The translations under genes and the position numbers were made by a program. From Candidatus Binatia bacterium (GTDB lineage: Bacteria > Desulfobacterota > Binatia > Bin18), in contig OY729511.1 of assembly GCA_963422435.1 (NCBI GenBank), forward strand, positions 244,208 to 308,207: 64,000 bases of DNA, written 5' to 3'. Shown here in pieces: positions 9,654 to 19,962 of the stretch. Below the pieces are notes generated by a model. That model was not told the origin of the DNA. It saw only the letters and a program-made list of their open reading frames with translations, and did not search any database. Every line of letters begins with the position of its first letter. Positions within the stretch are counted from its first letter, which is position 1.

Positions 9654-10937
9654 TTGTCCCTGTCTCTTCCCTTGTCCTCCGTAGCCCGGAGACCGTTCGT
9701 GCGGCGTATCCGTCTCGCGCTTCTTGTCGCCTGCTTACTCACGAGCTTGCCAGCCCAGCTCTGGGCGGAAGCTACCCCTGCCCAGCCCGGCGCGATTGTC
9801 CTTGAGGGCTCTGCCCTGCCCTTCTTATCCGGTCTCTCCCTCTCGCAGATGCAGGTATTCACCTTCCGTCACGCGGCGCTGACGCCCATCCCCTTCCAGA
9901 TTGACGAACGCGACCGACGTGGCCGATGGGTTATCAAGGCCGGCCCACGTCCCAGCCAAGACGATCAGCCAGGGCGGTTTGACTCGAACGATGCGATTGT
10001 TTTTTTGAGACGGGATCTGGGAAAGCGCGCCACCGCGGCAGCGTTTTCAGCAGGCAGCTGGCATGAGGTGCGCCTCGGCTCTCACGAGACCCCGCTTGGC
10101 TTTGTCTATATTCGGGTGGGAGTGCAATCGACTCAGCCCACCCGGCCCGGCTTCATTCGCTACGACCCCCAACAGGATCACGTCTATGCCGAAGGCTATA
10201 GCGTGGCCTTTGACACGCCGCTACCCAGCCACCTCGCTTTTGTGGACTCGCCGGGCGATCTGGGCCAGAACCTTATCTCGCATATTGGCGTTGAGGCTGA
10301 GGTCGATTTTCTGGGTGGGCTGCTGAATATCCGGCGGACCGACAAAGACCTGCACGCCCGGCTGTACGGCTATACCCAGGGCCCGGTTCGGCTGATTCGC
10401 CGCGCGCGCTATTGGTTTCCCCTGCCCTTTGGCCTGCGCGCGAGGGGACGGATTGATCTCATCTTTTATCCGAACTTTGTCGAGGGCACGGCCCTGGTCA
10501 AGCTCAAGATTCCGCCGCGTTTTATTTTGGTCGATGGCGAGGTCAGCACCTATTTCAATTTCCTCAATTTCGGCCAGGCTCAGTTGTTGCATACAGACGA
10601 GGCGCCCGTGAGAGAAGAACAGTCTCCGCGCTGGGCCGCCTTACAGCTCCCCACGGGCCAAACGCTCTTACTGGTCATGCGTCTCGAAGGCGGACTCCAA
10701 CAGCTTGAGCAACAGACGTATTTTTCCAACACCGGACCGCCGCACAGCGGGCAGCCGTCTTTTGGATTTCATTTTTCCAATATCGCGCGGCTGGCCGCAG
10801 GAAGATACCGGCTCTCCGCCTTCGGCGTGCTGCTGGAAACGACCGACCCGGAGGTCATTCGATCCACCGCCGCCTTTTTCCTGTCGCCCCCACCCGTACG
10901 CGTGGCACCCATAAGCGGAGCCGGATACGACGAGTAG
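9654..10937 (+). CDS. Hypothetical secreted protein (start uncertain)
   Basis: 427-aa ORF with signal-peptide-like segment (LWA-E) and PIPFQIDERD motif; no function recognised. Confidence 0.7.
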   Translation: MSLSLPLSSVARRPFVRRIRLALLVACLLTSLPAQLWAEATPAQPGAIVLEGSALPFLSGLSLSQMQVFTFRHAALTPIPFQIDERDRRGRWVIKAGPRPSQDDQPGRFDSNDAIVFLRRDLGKRATAAAFSAGSWHEVRLGSHETPLGFVYIRVGVQSTQPTRPGFIRYDPQQDHVYAEGYSVAFDTPLPSHLAFVDSPGDLGQNLISHIGVEAEVDFLGGLLNIRRTDKDLHARLYGYTQGPVRLIRRARYWFPLPFGLRARGRIDLIFYPNFVEGTALVKLKIPPRFILVDGEVSTYFNFLNFGQAQLLHTDEAPVREEQSPRWAALQLPTGQTLLLVMRLEGGLQQLEQQTYFSNTGPPHSGQPSFGFHFSNIARLAAGRYRLSAFGVLLETTDPEVIRSTAAFFLSPPPVRVAPISGAGYDE

Positions 10938-10971
10938 GTATCGGTCTGGCGAGGAGCACACCGAAGAAGGC

Positions 10972-12063
10972 TTAGACCCCCTGCTCAACCAGGTTCCAGC
11001 CGGCCGCGCAGAGCTGCTTGCACTTCTCCCCTCGGGTGATGGCTTCGGGCGAGCTGGCATTGCCTTCGAGGCCGCGCTTATAGACGCCCTGCACGATGGC
11101 AGCCAGCCGGAAAAGCGAAAACACCAGATAGAATTTCCACTCCGGGATGTCTTGCTTGCCCGTCTTCTGACAGTACCAGGCGACATATTCCTCTTCGGAC
11201 GGGATGCCGTAGCTTGCGGAGTCCAGGCTGGTCAGGTCACCGCGCATATCATCCGGGACATAATACGGCAGACAGTTATAGGCCAAATCGGATAAGGGCG
11301 CGCCCAGCGTACTCAGCTCCCAGTCCACCACGGCCAGCACCCTGGGCTCGGTATGATGAAAAATCATGTTTTCCAGACGGAAATCTCCGTGGGCGATGGT
11401 TGTTTCGTGATGCGCCGGCAGATGTTCGGGTAGCCATTGCATGAGGTTTTCCATGGCCGGCAGGTCATCGGTTTTGCTGGCCTCATACTGTTTGGACCAG
11501 CGCCGCACCTGGCGTTCCATATATCCGCCAACCTTGCCATAGCCTTCCAGCCCAACGGCCCGAAAATCGACCCGATGGAGTTTGGCCATGACGTCGACCA
11601 TAGCCTGGTAGATCTCGCGGCGTGCCGCCGGTGCCAACTCGGGCAATTCATAGCCACGGAAGACCCGACCATCCACAAAATCCATGATATAGAAGTCCAC
11701 CCCGATGACGCTGGGGTCCTGACACAGGACGTAGGGCTTCGCGACCGGCACATCAGTCTGCCACAAGGCCGAAATGACCCGAAACTCACGGTCAACCGCG
11801 TGGGCCGAGGGCAGGAGTTTGCCCGGCGGTTTTTTGCGCAGCACATAGCGCCGGCCCGCGCCGTCGGTCAACACAAAGGTCGGGTTGGACATACCGCCCC
11901 GGACCTGACCAACGTGTAATGGCGCACTAAAGCCGTCCACGTGTTCCTGCATATAACGTTCAAGGGCGGCTTCATCAAAGCGATGCTGGTCCAGCACCGG
12001 CGCGGTTTCGGTGGTGAGAGACGTACGCGGTGCCAGCATCATTTCAGCTTCAGGTGTTGTCAT
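10972..12063 (-). CDS. APH-family phosphotransferase (ACAD10/11 N-terminal-like)
   Basis: GGMSNPT, YVLRKKPPGKLLPSAHAVDRE, HGDFRLEN, DWELSTLG. Confidence 0.92.
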   Translation of the reverse strand: MTTPEAEMMLAPRTSLTTETAPVLDQHRFDEAALERYMQEHVDGFSAPLHVGQVRGGMSNPTFVLTDGAGRRYVLRKKPPGKLLPSAHAVDREFRVISALWQTDVPVAKPYVLCQDPSVIGVDFYIMDFVDGRVFRGYELPELAPAARREIYQAMVDVMAKLHRVDFRAVGLEGYGKVGGYMERQVRRWSKQYEASKTDDLPAMENLMQWLPEHLPAHHETTIAHGDFRLENMIFHHTEPRVLAVVDWELSTLGAPLSDLAYNCLPYYVPDDMRGDLTSLDSASYGIPSEEEYVAWYCQKTGKQDIPEWKFYLVFSLFRLAAIVQGVYKRGLEGNASSPEAITRGEKCKQLCAAGWNLVEQGV

Positions 12064-12154
12064 AGCTTCCCTCCCCGGAAACGTTCGGGCGTGCGGTTTT
12101 CGACCTGTTTCAAACACTCCCGCAGGCAGAACGCAAGGCCGGAGCGTATCGCAG

Positions 12155-12715
12155 TTAGAGAATCCGGGTCTCTCGCTGGCGACCCAGTTCGACTAAATGG
12201 AGTCGGCCATCGCGCACCTCCAGACGGGTACACGAACAGTTATCCGGTTCAAAGCAGATAACTCGATCATCCTGCGTGGCCGCGCCGACCGCCACGTTAA
12301 TGGCAATAAAGTGGGAGCTGACCACGGTTGTAGTCTTGAGAACGACCAAAGCCGCAACGACCTGATCCCGCCACTCCTGGTATTGAGGCGCAAGCTCACT
12401 CCAACGACCGCGCATGGCCTGTCTGAGCCAATCTGCGCGGTCTTGCAAATCTTGCGTTGGAGAAGGGATTTCAGCCACCGCCGGTTCGATTCGGGCCTGG
12501 ACTTTCCAGCGTTTCTCAAACGCCGCGGCGGTCTGGCGCGTGCGCTGGAGCGTGCTGGTGACAATGGGCAGCGGTCCCAGCCCTTCCAATTCGTTCGCTA
12601 TGGCTTCAGCTTGGGCCAAACCGATGGCGTCGAGTCCGGGGTCATAGGCTTGGTCAAAGCCGGCGCTGGCCCGCCCGTGACGGATGAGATACAGCGTTGG
12701 AGGAGTCGTAGGCAT
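12155..12715 (-). CDS. Histidine phosphatase family protein
   Basis: LIRHG motif, RTRQTA, SHFIAIN. Confidence 0.9.
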   Translation of the reverse strand: MPTTPPTLYLIRHGRASAGFDQAYDPGLDAIGLAQAEAIANELEGLGPLPIVTSTLQRTRQTAAAFEKRWKVQARIEPAVAEIPSPTQDLQDRADWLRQAMRGRWSELAPQYQEWRDQVVAALVVLKTTTVVSSHFIAINVAVGAATQDDRVICFEPDNCSCTRLEVRDGRLHLVELGRQRETRIL

Positions 12716-12748
12716 GCTTGTCCTTGGTAGTGGGCGTTTGCGCATCCG

Positions 12749-13474
12749 TCAGCTTACATCCGGAGGCCTCTTCGGCGGGAGGCTGCGAAGGGCGTTTGCA
12801 GTCAGAGCATTCAGCAGTTCCTGCAAGAAATCGTCCTGTTCAAACCTTGTGATAAGGGCCTGCCAGAGGGCGGGGTCGGTGTAGCCACGAATGCACGGGA
12901 TGACAAACTGTTCACGGTAGGCATTCAAGGCGTCGGTGTACAGGCTGAGTCCGGTTCGATACTGTTCCAGCCCGCCCCGATAGCGGGATAACGCCTCGAT
13001 ATAGACCGCACGAGCCTGGCAGTATGCCCCCTCTGAGAGCAGCTTTTTCCGGTACGCCGCGTCAGCTTCAAGAAATTCCTCATGGGCCAATCGTATATCC
13101 TGTTCCGACTGCCGGCGTGCCGCTGCGTGTTGTTCTTTCAACTGGGTAAGCAGGGTCCGCTTGGGTCGAACGATGGTCCGACGGATTTTTCCAATCTGTC
13201 GAGCTAATGTTAGGTCGTAGTCCTCGGGGGGATGGAGGCGTGAGTTCTGGTAGATGGCCTCCTGTCCCTGGGTTTTCGATTCTGCCTCACGGACCGTTCC
13301 CTGAGTAGTCCGCAGCCCATGCAAAAGAAAGCCAACGCTTCTCTCGACCTCTTTCAGGTGGTCGCCACAGGCCGCAAAAGTTACACCAGCACTCGATAAC
13401 CAGACAATACACACCCAGCAGACCGAGCCCCAGTGACAAAGAACCAGAGCACAGGAGAAACGAGCGCTTCGCAT
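12749..13474 (-). CDS. Hypothetical secreted, largely helical protein
   Basis: Open ORF in operon-like spacing, with hydrophobic N-terminus and coiled-coil-like body. Confidence 0.65.
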   Translation of the reverse strand: MRSARFSCALVLCHWGSVCWVCIVWLSSAGVTFAACGDHLKEVERSVGFLLHGLRTTQGTVREAESKTQGQEAIYQNSRLHPPEDYDLTLARQIGKIRRTIVRPKRTLLTQLKEQHAAARRQSEQDIRLAHEEFLEADAAYRKKLLSEGAYCQARAVYIEALSRYRGGLEQYRTGLSLYTDALNAYREQFVIPCIRGYTDPALWQALITRFEQDDFLQELLNALTANALRSLPPKRPPDVS

Positions 13475-13475
13475 C

Positions 13476-13910
13476 TTACGCAGGCAGGACGGTAACAGTG
13501 AGGGAATAGGCAATACTGTCTTTCAAGAGCCCGCGCACATAGCAGCCCTTTTCTGCTCGTGTGACCACAGTCCGCACCGTTTCTTCAGGCGCGGCACTGC
13601 GCACGGTCAGGTCAACGTCTATGGTTTTCACAAAGCCTTTTGTGTTCGACCTGGCGGAAACCGACGCTCCGGCGAGCGGCACTTGGCGCGCCCGCGCAGT
13701 GATCTCGAGGGACATCAGCAGACAGCCACACAAGCTGCCCAAGAAGGCCGTAATCGGGTCGGGGGCAGCGCCATTACCGCCTGATTCTTCGGGCTCATCA
13801 AGCGTCCAGGTATGCTGACCGGCTCGGAGTTCGACCGTACCTGAATCGCTCGCAAGAGAGCCGACAGCATGACGAAAACCACCCTGAGCCGGCGCTATGC
13901 TGCTGTCCAT
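13476..13910 (-). CDS. OsmC family protein
   Basis: DEPEESGGNGAAPDP, LGSLCGC and second Cys in AEKGCYV. Confidence 0.88.
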   Translation of the reverse strand: MDSSIAPAQGGFRHAVGSLASDSGTVELRAGQHTWTLDEPEESGGNGAAPDPITAFLGSLCGCLLMSLEITARARQVPLAGASVSARSNTKGFVKTIDVDLTVRSAAPEETVRTVVTRAEKGCYVRGLLKDSIAYSLTVTVLPA

Positions 13911-13941
13911 CGCGCTTTTGATTCCGGGCCACCGCTCTTAC

Positions 13942-14385
13942 TTAAAACTCGATCAGTTCTAACACGGTTCCGTCAGGATCGTGGAAGCAGACAAAACGGG
14001 TCGGCCCGCCGCCGAGAACGGTCTCCTGTGGCGGCGAGAGAAATTTGACCCCCTTGGCTTTGAGGTCTTCGTACTCCTGCATCAGGTTTTTCGTCTTGAG
14101 GGCAATGCGGGCGATACCGGCATGGGCGAGATGTGGATAGGGAGTCCCCTCCGTCTTGGGCTGCTGCCATTCGATCAGGTCGATGCGCGTCGCATGGGGA
14201 TTGTCACCCAGCATCAAGAGCGCGGCCCGTGCCTGTCCGTTCGGAATCTGGAGGCCGACGTCCAGTTGCGGGCTGCTGCCGGTACCAAGATCGTTGACGA
14301 CCCGAAAGCCCAGCATTTGATAGAACGCGAGCGAGCGTTCAAAGTCGGAGACATTGATGTTGACATGAAAAATACTTTGAATCAT
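13942..14385 (-). CDS. VOC/glyoxalase family protein
   Basis: FHVNINVSDFERSLAFY and FHDPDGTVLELIE. Confidence 0.9.
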   Translation of the reverse strand: MIQSIFHVNINVSDFERSLAFYQMLGFRVVNDLGTGSSPQLDVGLQIPNGQARAALLMLGDNPHATRIDLIEWQQPKTEGTPYPHLAHAGIARIALKTKNLMQEYEDLKAKGVKFLSPPQETVLGGGPTRFVCFHDPDGTVLELIEF

Positions 14386-14444
14386 GGGTTCCTCTCTTCT
14401 CATGAGTAAACGGACCAGCATTTACCTATCTATTGAGGGCATGT

Positions 14445-15719
14445 TTACTCATTTGTGTCCGGAGCATCGAGCGGGTAGGCAATCGCTTCAACCTGAGGAG
14501 TCTGCTGTCGAGCCTGCTCGGTCCGGAAGGTTTGTTCGAGTTCGCGGTCCAGGACGCCTTCGGCGACATAGCCGGTAAACGCACGCTGCACCGTACCGTC
14601 AGGAGCAAACAGGAAACTGCTGGGCAAGGCGAATACATGATAGCGCAGACCGATCTCGTCCGACGGATCGCGGCCGATGGCGTACGGGATATTGTATTTC
14701 TGGACAAAGTCCCGCACGCCGTCTTCTTCACTCTGCAAGGCAACCCCGATAACGGCAAATCCGTGGCGTTTATACTTGTGATACATGCGGACCAGAGCCG
14801 GCGTTTCTATAACACAGGGGCCGCACCAGGTCGCCCAGAAATTGACCAGGACTACTTTTCCCTCATAGTCGGACAAACTCACCCGGTCGCCATCAATGGT
14901 CGTCAGGGTAAAATTATAGTCGCCGTATCTATTCCGCACCGATAGCGGGTCAGACGCAACCGACGTGGAAACGCCTGCTTCTTGTGCCTCGCTGACCAGG
15001 AGCGCTTCCGGGTTCAAAAAAGTCAGCCGCGACGAGACCCAGGCCAGCTTATCGGTAAAGATGAGCAGGCCGACCAGGACGAGCAGCATGCCAGCCGCCA
15101 CCTCCATTTGCCGCAGATAGCCCTTCAGCCCTTGGAAGAGCGACAGAAAGCCGTTCAGGCAGGCGGCAGAGAGTATAAACGGGATGCCGAGGCCAAGCGA
15201 ATACACCGCCAGCAGGAGAACCCCCTGACTGAGCGTCTCGGTCGTGGCGGCTAGGGCCAGGATACCCGCCAGAATCGGGCCAACGCACGGCGTCCAGCCA
15301 AAGGCGAAAAACAGCCCGGCCACAAAAGCCCGGATCATACCGGGCTCCGCGGGCTCTTTGGAAAAGCGCCGCTCCCGGAGTAAGGCCGGGATGGGCAATA
15401 CCCCGGCCAGGTGCAGGCCCAGGACCATAATGCCCAGTCCGGCGATGCCTTTGAGTATCCCCAGGTTTGATCTGAGCAGCCCACTCACCACAGAGGCCGA
15501 GGCGCCAAGGGCAATGAACACCAGAGAGAAACCACACACAAAGGGCAGGCTCTTGAGCAGCGCACTGGTCATCAGGTGGGCCGAGCGCTGGCGGGCGGTG
15601 AGTTGTTCAAAACTCATACCGGTAATAAAGGTCAGATAGCCGGGCACAATAGGCAGGACGCACGGCGAGGCAAAAGACAGAAAACCTGCCAGCAGGGCAA
15701 TACCAAGTCCGATATCCAT
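14445..15719 (-). CDS. CcdA-TlpA fusion (DipZ-like disulfide reduction protein)
   Basis: SFASPCVLP and GWTPCVGP in the membrane domain; NFWATWCGPC thioredoxin domain. Confidence 0.92.
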   Translation of the reverse strand: MDIGLGIALLAGFLSFASPCVLPIVPGYLTFITGMSFEQLTARQRSAHLMTSALLKSLPFVCGFSLVFIALGASASVVSGLLRSNLGILKGIAGLGIMVLGLHLAGVLPIPALLRERRFSKEPAEPGMIRAFVAGLFFAFGWTPCVGPILAGILALAATTETLSQGVLLLAVYSLGLGIPFILSAACLNGFLSLFQGLKGYLRQMEVAAGMLLVLVGLLIFTDKLAWVSSRLTFLNPEALLVSEAQEAGVSTSVASDPLSVRNRYGDYNFTLTTIDGDRVSLSDYEGKVVLVNFWATWCGPCVIETPALVRMYHKYKRHGFAVIGVALQSEEDGVRDFVQKYNIPYAIGRDPSDEIGLRYHVFALPSSFLFAPDGTVQRAFTGYVAEGVLDRELEQTFRTEQARQQTPQVEAIAYPLDAPDTNE

Positions 15720-15804
15720 CGTTCTTTTTCCTGTCGTCTGCCGTGTTGCGCCGCGTTGGTGCGTAAGCCGTCAAAAAATAAGGGGGTTTTCCGGTGTACT
15801 GCTG

Positions 15805-15894
15805 TGGCGGAGAGGGGGGGATTCGAACCCCCGATACCCGAAGGTATACACGATTTCGAGTCGTGCGCAATCAACCGGACTCTGCCACCTCTCC
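15805..15894 (-). tRNA. tRNA-Ser(CGA)
   Basis: GGAGAGGTGGCAGAG...CACGA-CT CGA AA-TCGTG anticodon arm, long variable arm, GGTTCGAATCC T-loop, encoded CCA end. Confidence 0.97.
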
Positions 15895-15920
15895 GACTCC
15901 TTAGCGAAACTCGCCCCTCA

Positions 15921-16469
15921 CTATAGGCGATTTCCAGACAAGCGCAAAGACGGGTCGGCCGCCGGCTCTTTCTTGTGACGGGACCGTTTCTCCCGGAAGA
16001 AGCGTTGGAGCAACGTTCGACACTCCTCTTCACACACCCCACTCGTGACGTCCAGGCGATGATTCAGGCGGGTATCCAGGGCAATATTATACAGCGATCC
16101 CGCAGCGCCAGCCTTGGGGTCAAAACAGCCAAAGACGAGGCGTTTGACCCGTGCGTACACTAGCGCCCCCATGCACATGAGACAGGGCTCAACCGTTGTG
16201 TACAGCGTCGCGTCTACCAGCCGGTAATTCTTGAACCGCTGCGTGGCGTGTCGTACGGCCTGGATTTCCGCGTGAGCCGTCGGGTCGCTGGTTGCAACCG
16301 GCATATTATGGCCCCGGGCGATGATGTGCTCCTCCAGGACGACGACTGCACCAATGGGCACTTCGTCTGCGGCTTCGGCCAGGGCGGCTTCGGCCAGGGC
16401 GAATTGCATCCAGGCTCTATCCTGTTCCACCTGTCGGTCCGTTCCGGGAGAGTCGTTTTCAACTGACAT
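15921..16469 (-). CDS. tadA: tRNA adenosine(34) deaminase
   Basis: EVPIGAV, DPTAHAE, EPCLMC, DPKAGA. Confidence 0.95.
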   Translation of the reverse strand: MSVENDSPGTDRQVEQDRAWMQFALAEAALAEAADEVPIGAVVVLEEHIIARGHNMPVATSDPTAHAEIQAVRHATQRFKNYRLVDATLYTTVEPCLMCMGALVYARVKRLVFGCFDPKAGAAGSLYNIALDTRLNHRLDVTSGVCEEECRTLLQRFFREKRSRHKKEPAADPSLRLSGNRL

Positions 16470-18054
16470 TTTCGACGGCTCGCAACGGCACCCATTCCTG
16501 GCTCTGCTTCTTCTGGTCCTGCACAATGCGGCGCAACTCGTCCAGCGTTCCGACCCCTCCCCGGCTGCCGACAATGCTCTCGACCGCGAGGTCGTAACTC
16601 TCGATGGCGTTGAGCAGGTCCCGAGACCAATCGGCAACCTGTCGGACGGCTCCCGGCGTAAACAGGTCAGCCGCAAAAAGCAGGCGTTCCTCAGGCAGAT
16701 AGACGATCAACATGCCATCCACATGCCCGGTCTCAATCGGATAGACAATAACCACCCGATTTTCGTCAACGAAAAACTTGCGTTCATTCTTGACCGCTTC
16801 AATCACCGCAACTCTCGGGCGACGCTGGAGGCTGTCCGGGACTTGGGTATGCAGAGCGCGAAACACGTCTTGGAAGAGTGAGACGTTCAGCGCGCTGGTC
16901 ACCACAATCGTATCGGCTGCCACATAGGTCCGCAGCCCGCCCGCGTGCTCACTATGAAAATGCGTATTCACGACAAACCGGACCGGCTTGGTTGGAAATC
17001 GCCGGCGTAAGGTATCCAGCACCGCGCGTGAGTGCGCATCATCCTGCGGGGCCTCAACCACAATCAAGTACTCGCCCATCTCAACCGCCAGGCTCTGATA
17101 TCGCCCCCCGACAATATGCATCACCCCTGGCGCAAGGTCGCGCAACGCGAGCGACGAAGCGGGCGTATCGACCGGGCGGCCCTGAGCAATCTGCCGGAGC
17201 ACCCAGTGAGAGCTCTGTTCTCCGCGTGCTCCGTCCCACTCTTGCGGATGCTCAATTTCTTCCGGAATGATAAAGTCCACGTGCGACAGATCAATATCAT
17301 TCTGAATGACGTCAACATGTTCAACCATGATGGTCTGGCCGTCGACCCGATAGATGCGTTCAAATGGGAGTTTCAGCTTGCCGACTTGACGCCAGTCGGA
17401 AAAAAACACTTCGTTCTGCACATCGCCGTACAACGGGTCATCTTCAACAAAGACGACCTTGGTCAGCAGTCGCGTTTCCGAGTCTATAGCTAACAGAACA
17501 AGTTGGGTATTGTCGTTAAATGAGACGACCACCTGGCGGCGCCCGTGAATCGTTTGATCCATCAGACGCAGAAAGGAGTTCGAACGACTCAGCGCATGAA
17601 TCAGGACGGAGACGGGCGAACGGCGCAGCTCTTTGTGACGGGCGGCAATACGAGCCGCCGACATCGCCCGGCGGCAGGGGATCTCAAAGCCGTCGCAGCC
17701 GAGTATGGCGCCGTCGAGTCCGTTCATGATTTCGGTGTAGGCCCAGGTTTCCTGGAAGGGATAGACCAGCGTACGCTCCCACTCATAGCGCACGCGGCCC
17801 TTCTCTAGGTCTCGGAACAGCACATAACGAAATTCTGACACCTTGCGGGGCTCGGCTCCGGGACGAGGGCTCAGGTCGGGCTCAAAATTCTCGCCATGAC
17901 TGATAATCCGCTGGCTTTTGAGGTCCAGCAGAACTGGCCGTTCGCCAATGGCGAGTACGGCCGAATTCACAAAAACCTTGGCAGGCTGGGCAGCGGCAGG
18001 AGCAAGGCCAAAGAGCAGCGGCAGGCAGACTCCCCAGACCAAACGTACCGCCAT
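16459..18054 (-). CDS. Secreted MBL-fold metallo-hydrolase with N-terminal extension
   Basis: Signal peptide; VNTHFHSEHAGG (HxHxDH variant with Glu), GHVDG, ADLF. Confidence 0.85.
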   Translation of the reverse strand: MAVRLVWGVCLPLLFGLAPAAAQPAKVFVNSAVLAIGERPVLLDLKSQRIISHGENFEPDLSPRPGAEPRKVSEFRYVLFRDLEKGRVRYEWERTLVYPFQETWAYTEIMNGLDGAILGCDGFEIPCRRAMSAARIAARHKELRRSPVSVLIHALSRSNSFLRLMDQTIHGRRQVVVSFNDNTQLVLLAIDSETRLLTKVVFVEDDPLYGDVQNEVFFSDWRQVGKLKLPFERIYRVDGQTIMVEHVDVIQNDIDLSHVDFIIPEEIEHPQEWDGARGEQSSHWVLRQIAQGRPVDTPASSLALRDLAPGVMHIVGGRYQSLAVEMGEYLIVVEAPQDDAHSRAVLDTLRRRFPTKPVRFVVNTHFHSEHAGGLRTYVAADTIVVTSALNVSLFQDVFRALHTQVPDSLQRRPRVAVIEAVKNERKFFVDENRVVIVYPIETGHVDGMLIVYLPEERLLFAADLFTPGAVRQVADWSRDLLNAIESYDLAVESIVGSRGGVGTLDELRRIVQDQKKQSQEWVPLRAVENVS

Positions 18055-18164
18055 GCTGATGCTCCTCCGTTTTTTCATTCGGACTCTGTGTTCCGGGGGT
18101 CTCTCGGCTAGGGGCGGCTGCTCCACCGCCCCCAGGGGCGTCGTCCAAGAGAGAGAGCAGCGGG

Positions 18165-18788
18165 CTAACCGGTCAGGCCAATTCGGACCTCTTCGTAACT
18201 CGGCCGGCTTTTCAACCGCTCGGCCCAGGCCGCGACGTGTGGAAATGGACTGAGGTCGAGCCCCAGTTTGTCGCCCAAGCCAAGAAACGGGGTGAAGGTA
18301 AGGTCAGCCAGGCTATAGTCGCCCAGGAGATAGTCTTGATCCTGGAGTCGTTCTTCGAGTTGCGGAAAGAGCGCGTTGAGTTGGTCGGTATTCCGGGCCA
18401 TACGTTCCGGGTCTTGCTCCGCTTTGGGTTTCCGGCTGGTATACAGCAGACGAATGAGCGGTGGTACGAACTGGCTGTTACACAGTTCGATGAGGAGCCG
18501 CATTTCAGCCTTGGCAGCCGGCGCCGACGGAGAGAGCGCCGGCGTTGGATAGGTGTCTTCCAAATACTCGTTACAGATGGCCGACTCATAGACCCAGGCC
18601 CCTTCTTCGACCAGCACCGGAACCTTCCCGTACGGGTTAATCGCCAGAAACCACGGTTCTTTTTGTTCTTTGCTCGGCAGGTCTATGAGAATGCGATCAA
18701 AGTCGAGCGCTTTTTCTTTGAGAACAATCCTTGTTCTCATGGCGAACGGTCAGGGCAGATAGTCGAACAGCTTTCTCTTGATAGTCAT
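18165..18788 (-). CDS. Glutathione S-transferase family protein, probable selenoprotein (UGA at codon 13)
   Basis: GAGGAG then ATG 18788: MTIKRKLFDYLP-UGA-PFAMRTRIVL, continuing in frame into INPYGKVPVL...ESAICNEYL...YSLAD. The ORF track starts only at 18740. Confidence 0.88.
18719..18739 (-). promoter_or_regulatory. Putative bacterial SECIS element
   Basis: UGAGAACAA-GGA-UUGUUCUCA perfect 9-bp stem with G-led loop, loop starting 19 nt after the UGA. Confidence 0.78.
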
Positions 18789-18879
18789 ACGTGGCTCCTC
18801 TCCGCGTTGTCTCCATAGCTCTTCAAGGGCTGACCTTAGAAAGACCGGGCGTGTACGTCAAGTCTCTTCATCTAGCCTG

Positions 18880-19932
18880 CTAGGATTCAATCATCTCGGC
18901 AAAGGCCTGCATGAACTGACGCATCTGTTCGAGCGTGCCAATGCTCAGCCGAAAACTGCCGTCAATCACGGGCTTGCCCCGCATATTGCGGACCAGGATG
19001 CCGTGCTCGCGCAGTGCGCTTTCAACCACCTCGCACTCTTGTGGCGGCCAGACGAGCAGATAGTTGCCGCCTTGTCCAAAATATCGCACGCCCAAACGCT
19101 GAAGCTGTTGCGTCACCCACTCCCTGGCGGCTTGGACCCGTTGGACGTACTGTTCAACATAGGCGCGGTCGGCGAGAGCGGCTTTTCCGGCGGTCACCGC
19201 AAAGGCGTTAATATCATAGGGGCCGGTGACGCGGCTGAGCCGACTCACCAGCTCGGGCTGACCAATAGCGAAGCCTAAGCGCAACGCAGCCAAGCCCGCA
19301 GATTTGGACAGCGACTGAAGCACCACAACATTGTCCAACTCAAGCGCGGCCGGCAGGACCGACTTCTTCGTGAAGTCCGCGTATAACTCATCAACCACAA
19401 CCAGAGTATCGGGCACAGCCTGTGCCAACTCCAGCAAGGTCTGCGGTTCGAGCAAGGTGCCGGTTGGATTGTTGGGATTGCAGATAAAGCATAACCGAGG
19501 CTTATGCGTGAGCCGTTCACGCATGGACTCAAGCGGAAAACTCAAATCGGCAGGATACAGGACCTCATCCTGTTGCATGCTGTGCTGGAGCGCGCACGGC
19601 TTGTAATAACCGAAAGTCGGCGCGGTTGTCAGAAAGGTGCTCCCCTTTTCGCCGTACACATCGAAGATCGTGTGAATGGCCGCATCCACCCCGTTAAAGG
19701 CTTCAACGTAGTGAGCCGGGACGTTGACGGACGCCGCATACGCCTCATTCAGACCAGCGTATTCCGGATAGGTCGCATAGGCACCGGGCGGGAGACTCCG
19801 AATAGCCTCGACCACTCTCGGGCTCGGCCCAATTGTATTTTCGTTAAAGTCGAGGCGCAGCATGGGTCGTCGCCCTTCAAGCGGGGCAACATAGGGTTCA
19901 AGCTGCTCGACTTCAGACTTGGCCTTAATCAT
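18880..19932 (-). CDS. hisC: Histidinol-phosphate aminotransferase
   Basis: LDFNEN, CNPNNPTG, VDELY, SLSKSAGLAALRLG. Confidence 0.9.
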   Translation of the reverse strand: MIKAKSEVEQLEPYVAPLEGRRPMLRLDFNENTIGPSPRVVEAIRSLPPGAYATYPEYAGLNEAYAASVNVPAHYVEAFNGVDAAIHTIFDVYGEKGSTFLTTAPTFGYYKPCALQHSMQQDEVLYPADLSFPLESMRERLTHKPRLCFICNPNNPTGTLLEPQTLLELAQAVPDTLVVVDELYADFTKKSVLPAALELDNVVVLQSLSKSAGLAALRLGFAIGQPELVSRLSRVTGPYDINAFAVTAGKAALADRAYVEQYVQRVQAAREWVTQQLQRLGVRYFGQGGNYLLVWPPQECEVVESALREHGILVRNMRGKPVIDGSFRLSIGTLEQMRQFMQAFAEMIES

Positions 19933-19962
19933 AACCGTGCCGTCCCGTGATTCCGCCTGCCG

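Noticed and set aside
15720-15894. Integrative element at tRNA-Ser
   Set aside because: No integrase, and I saw no duplicated tRNA 3' end.
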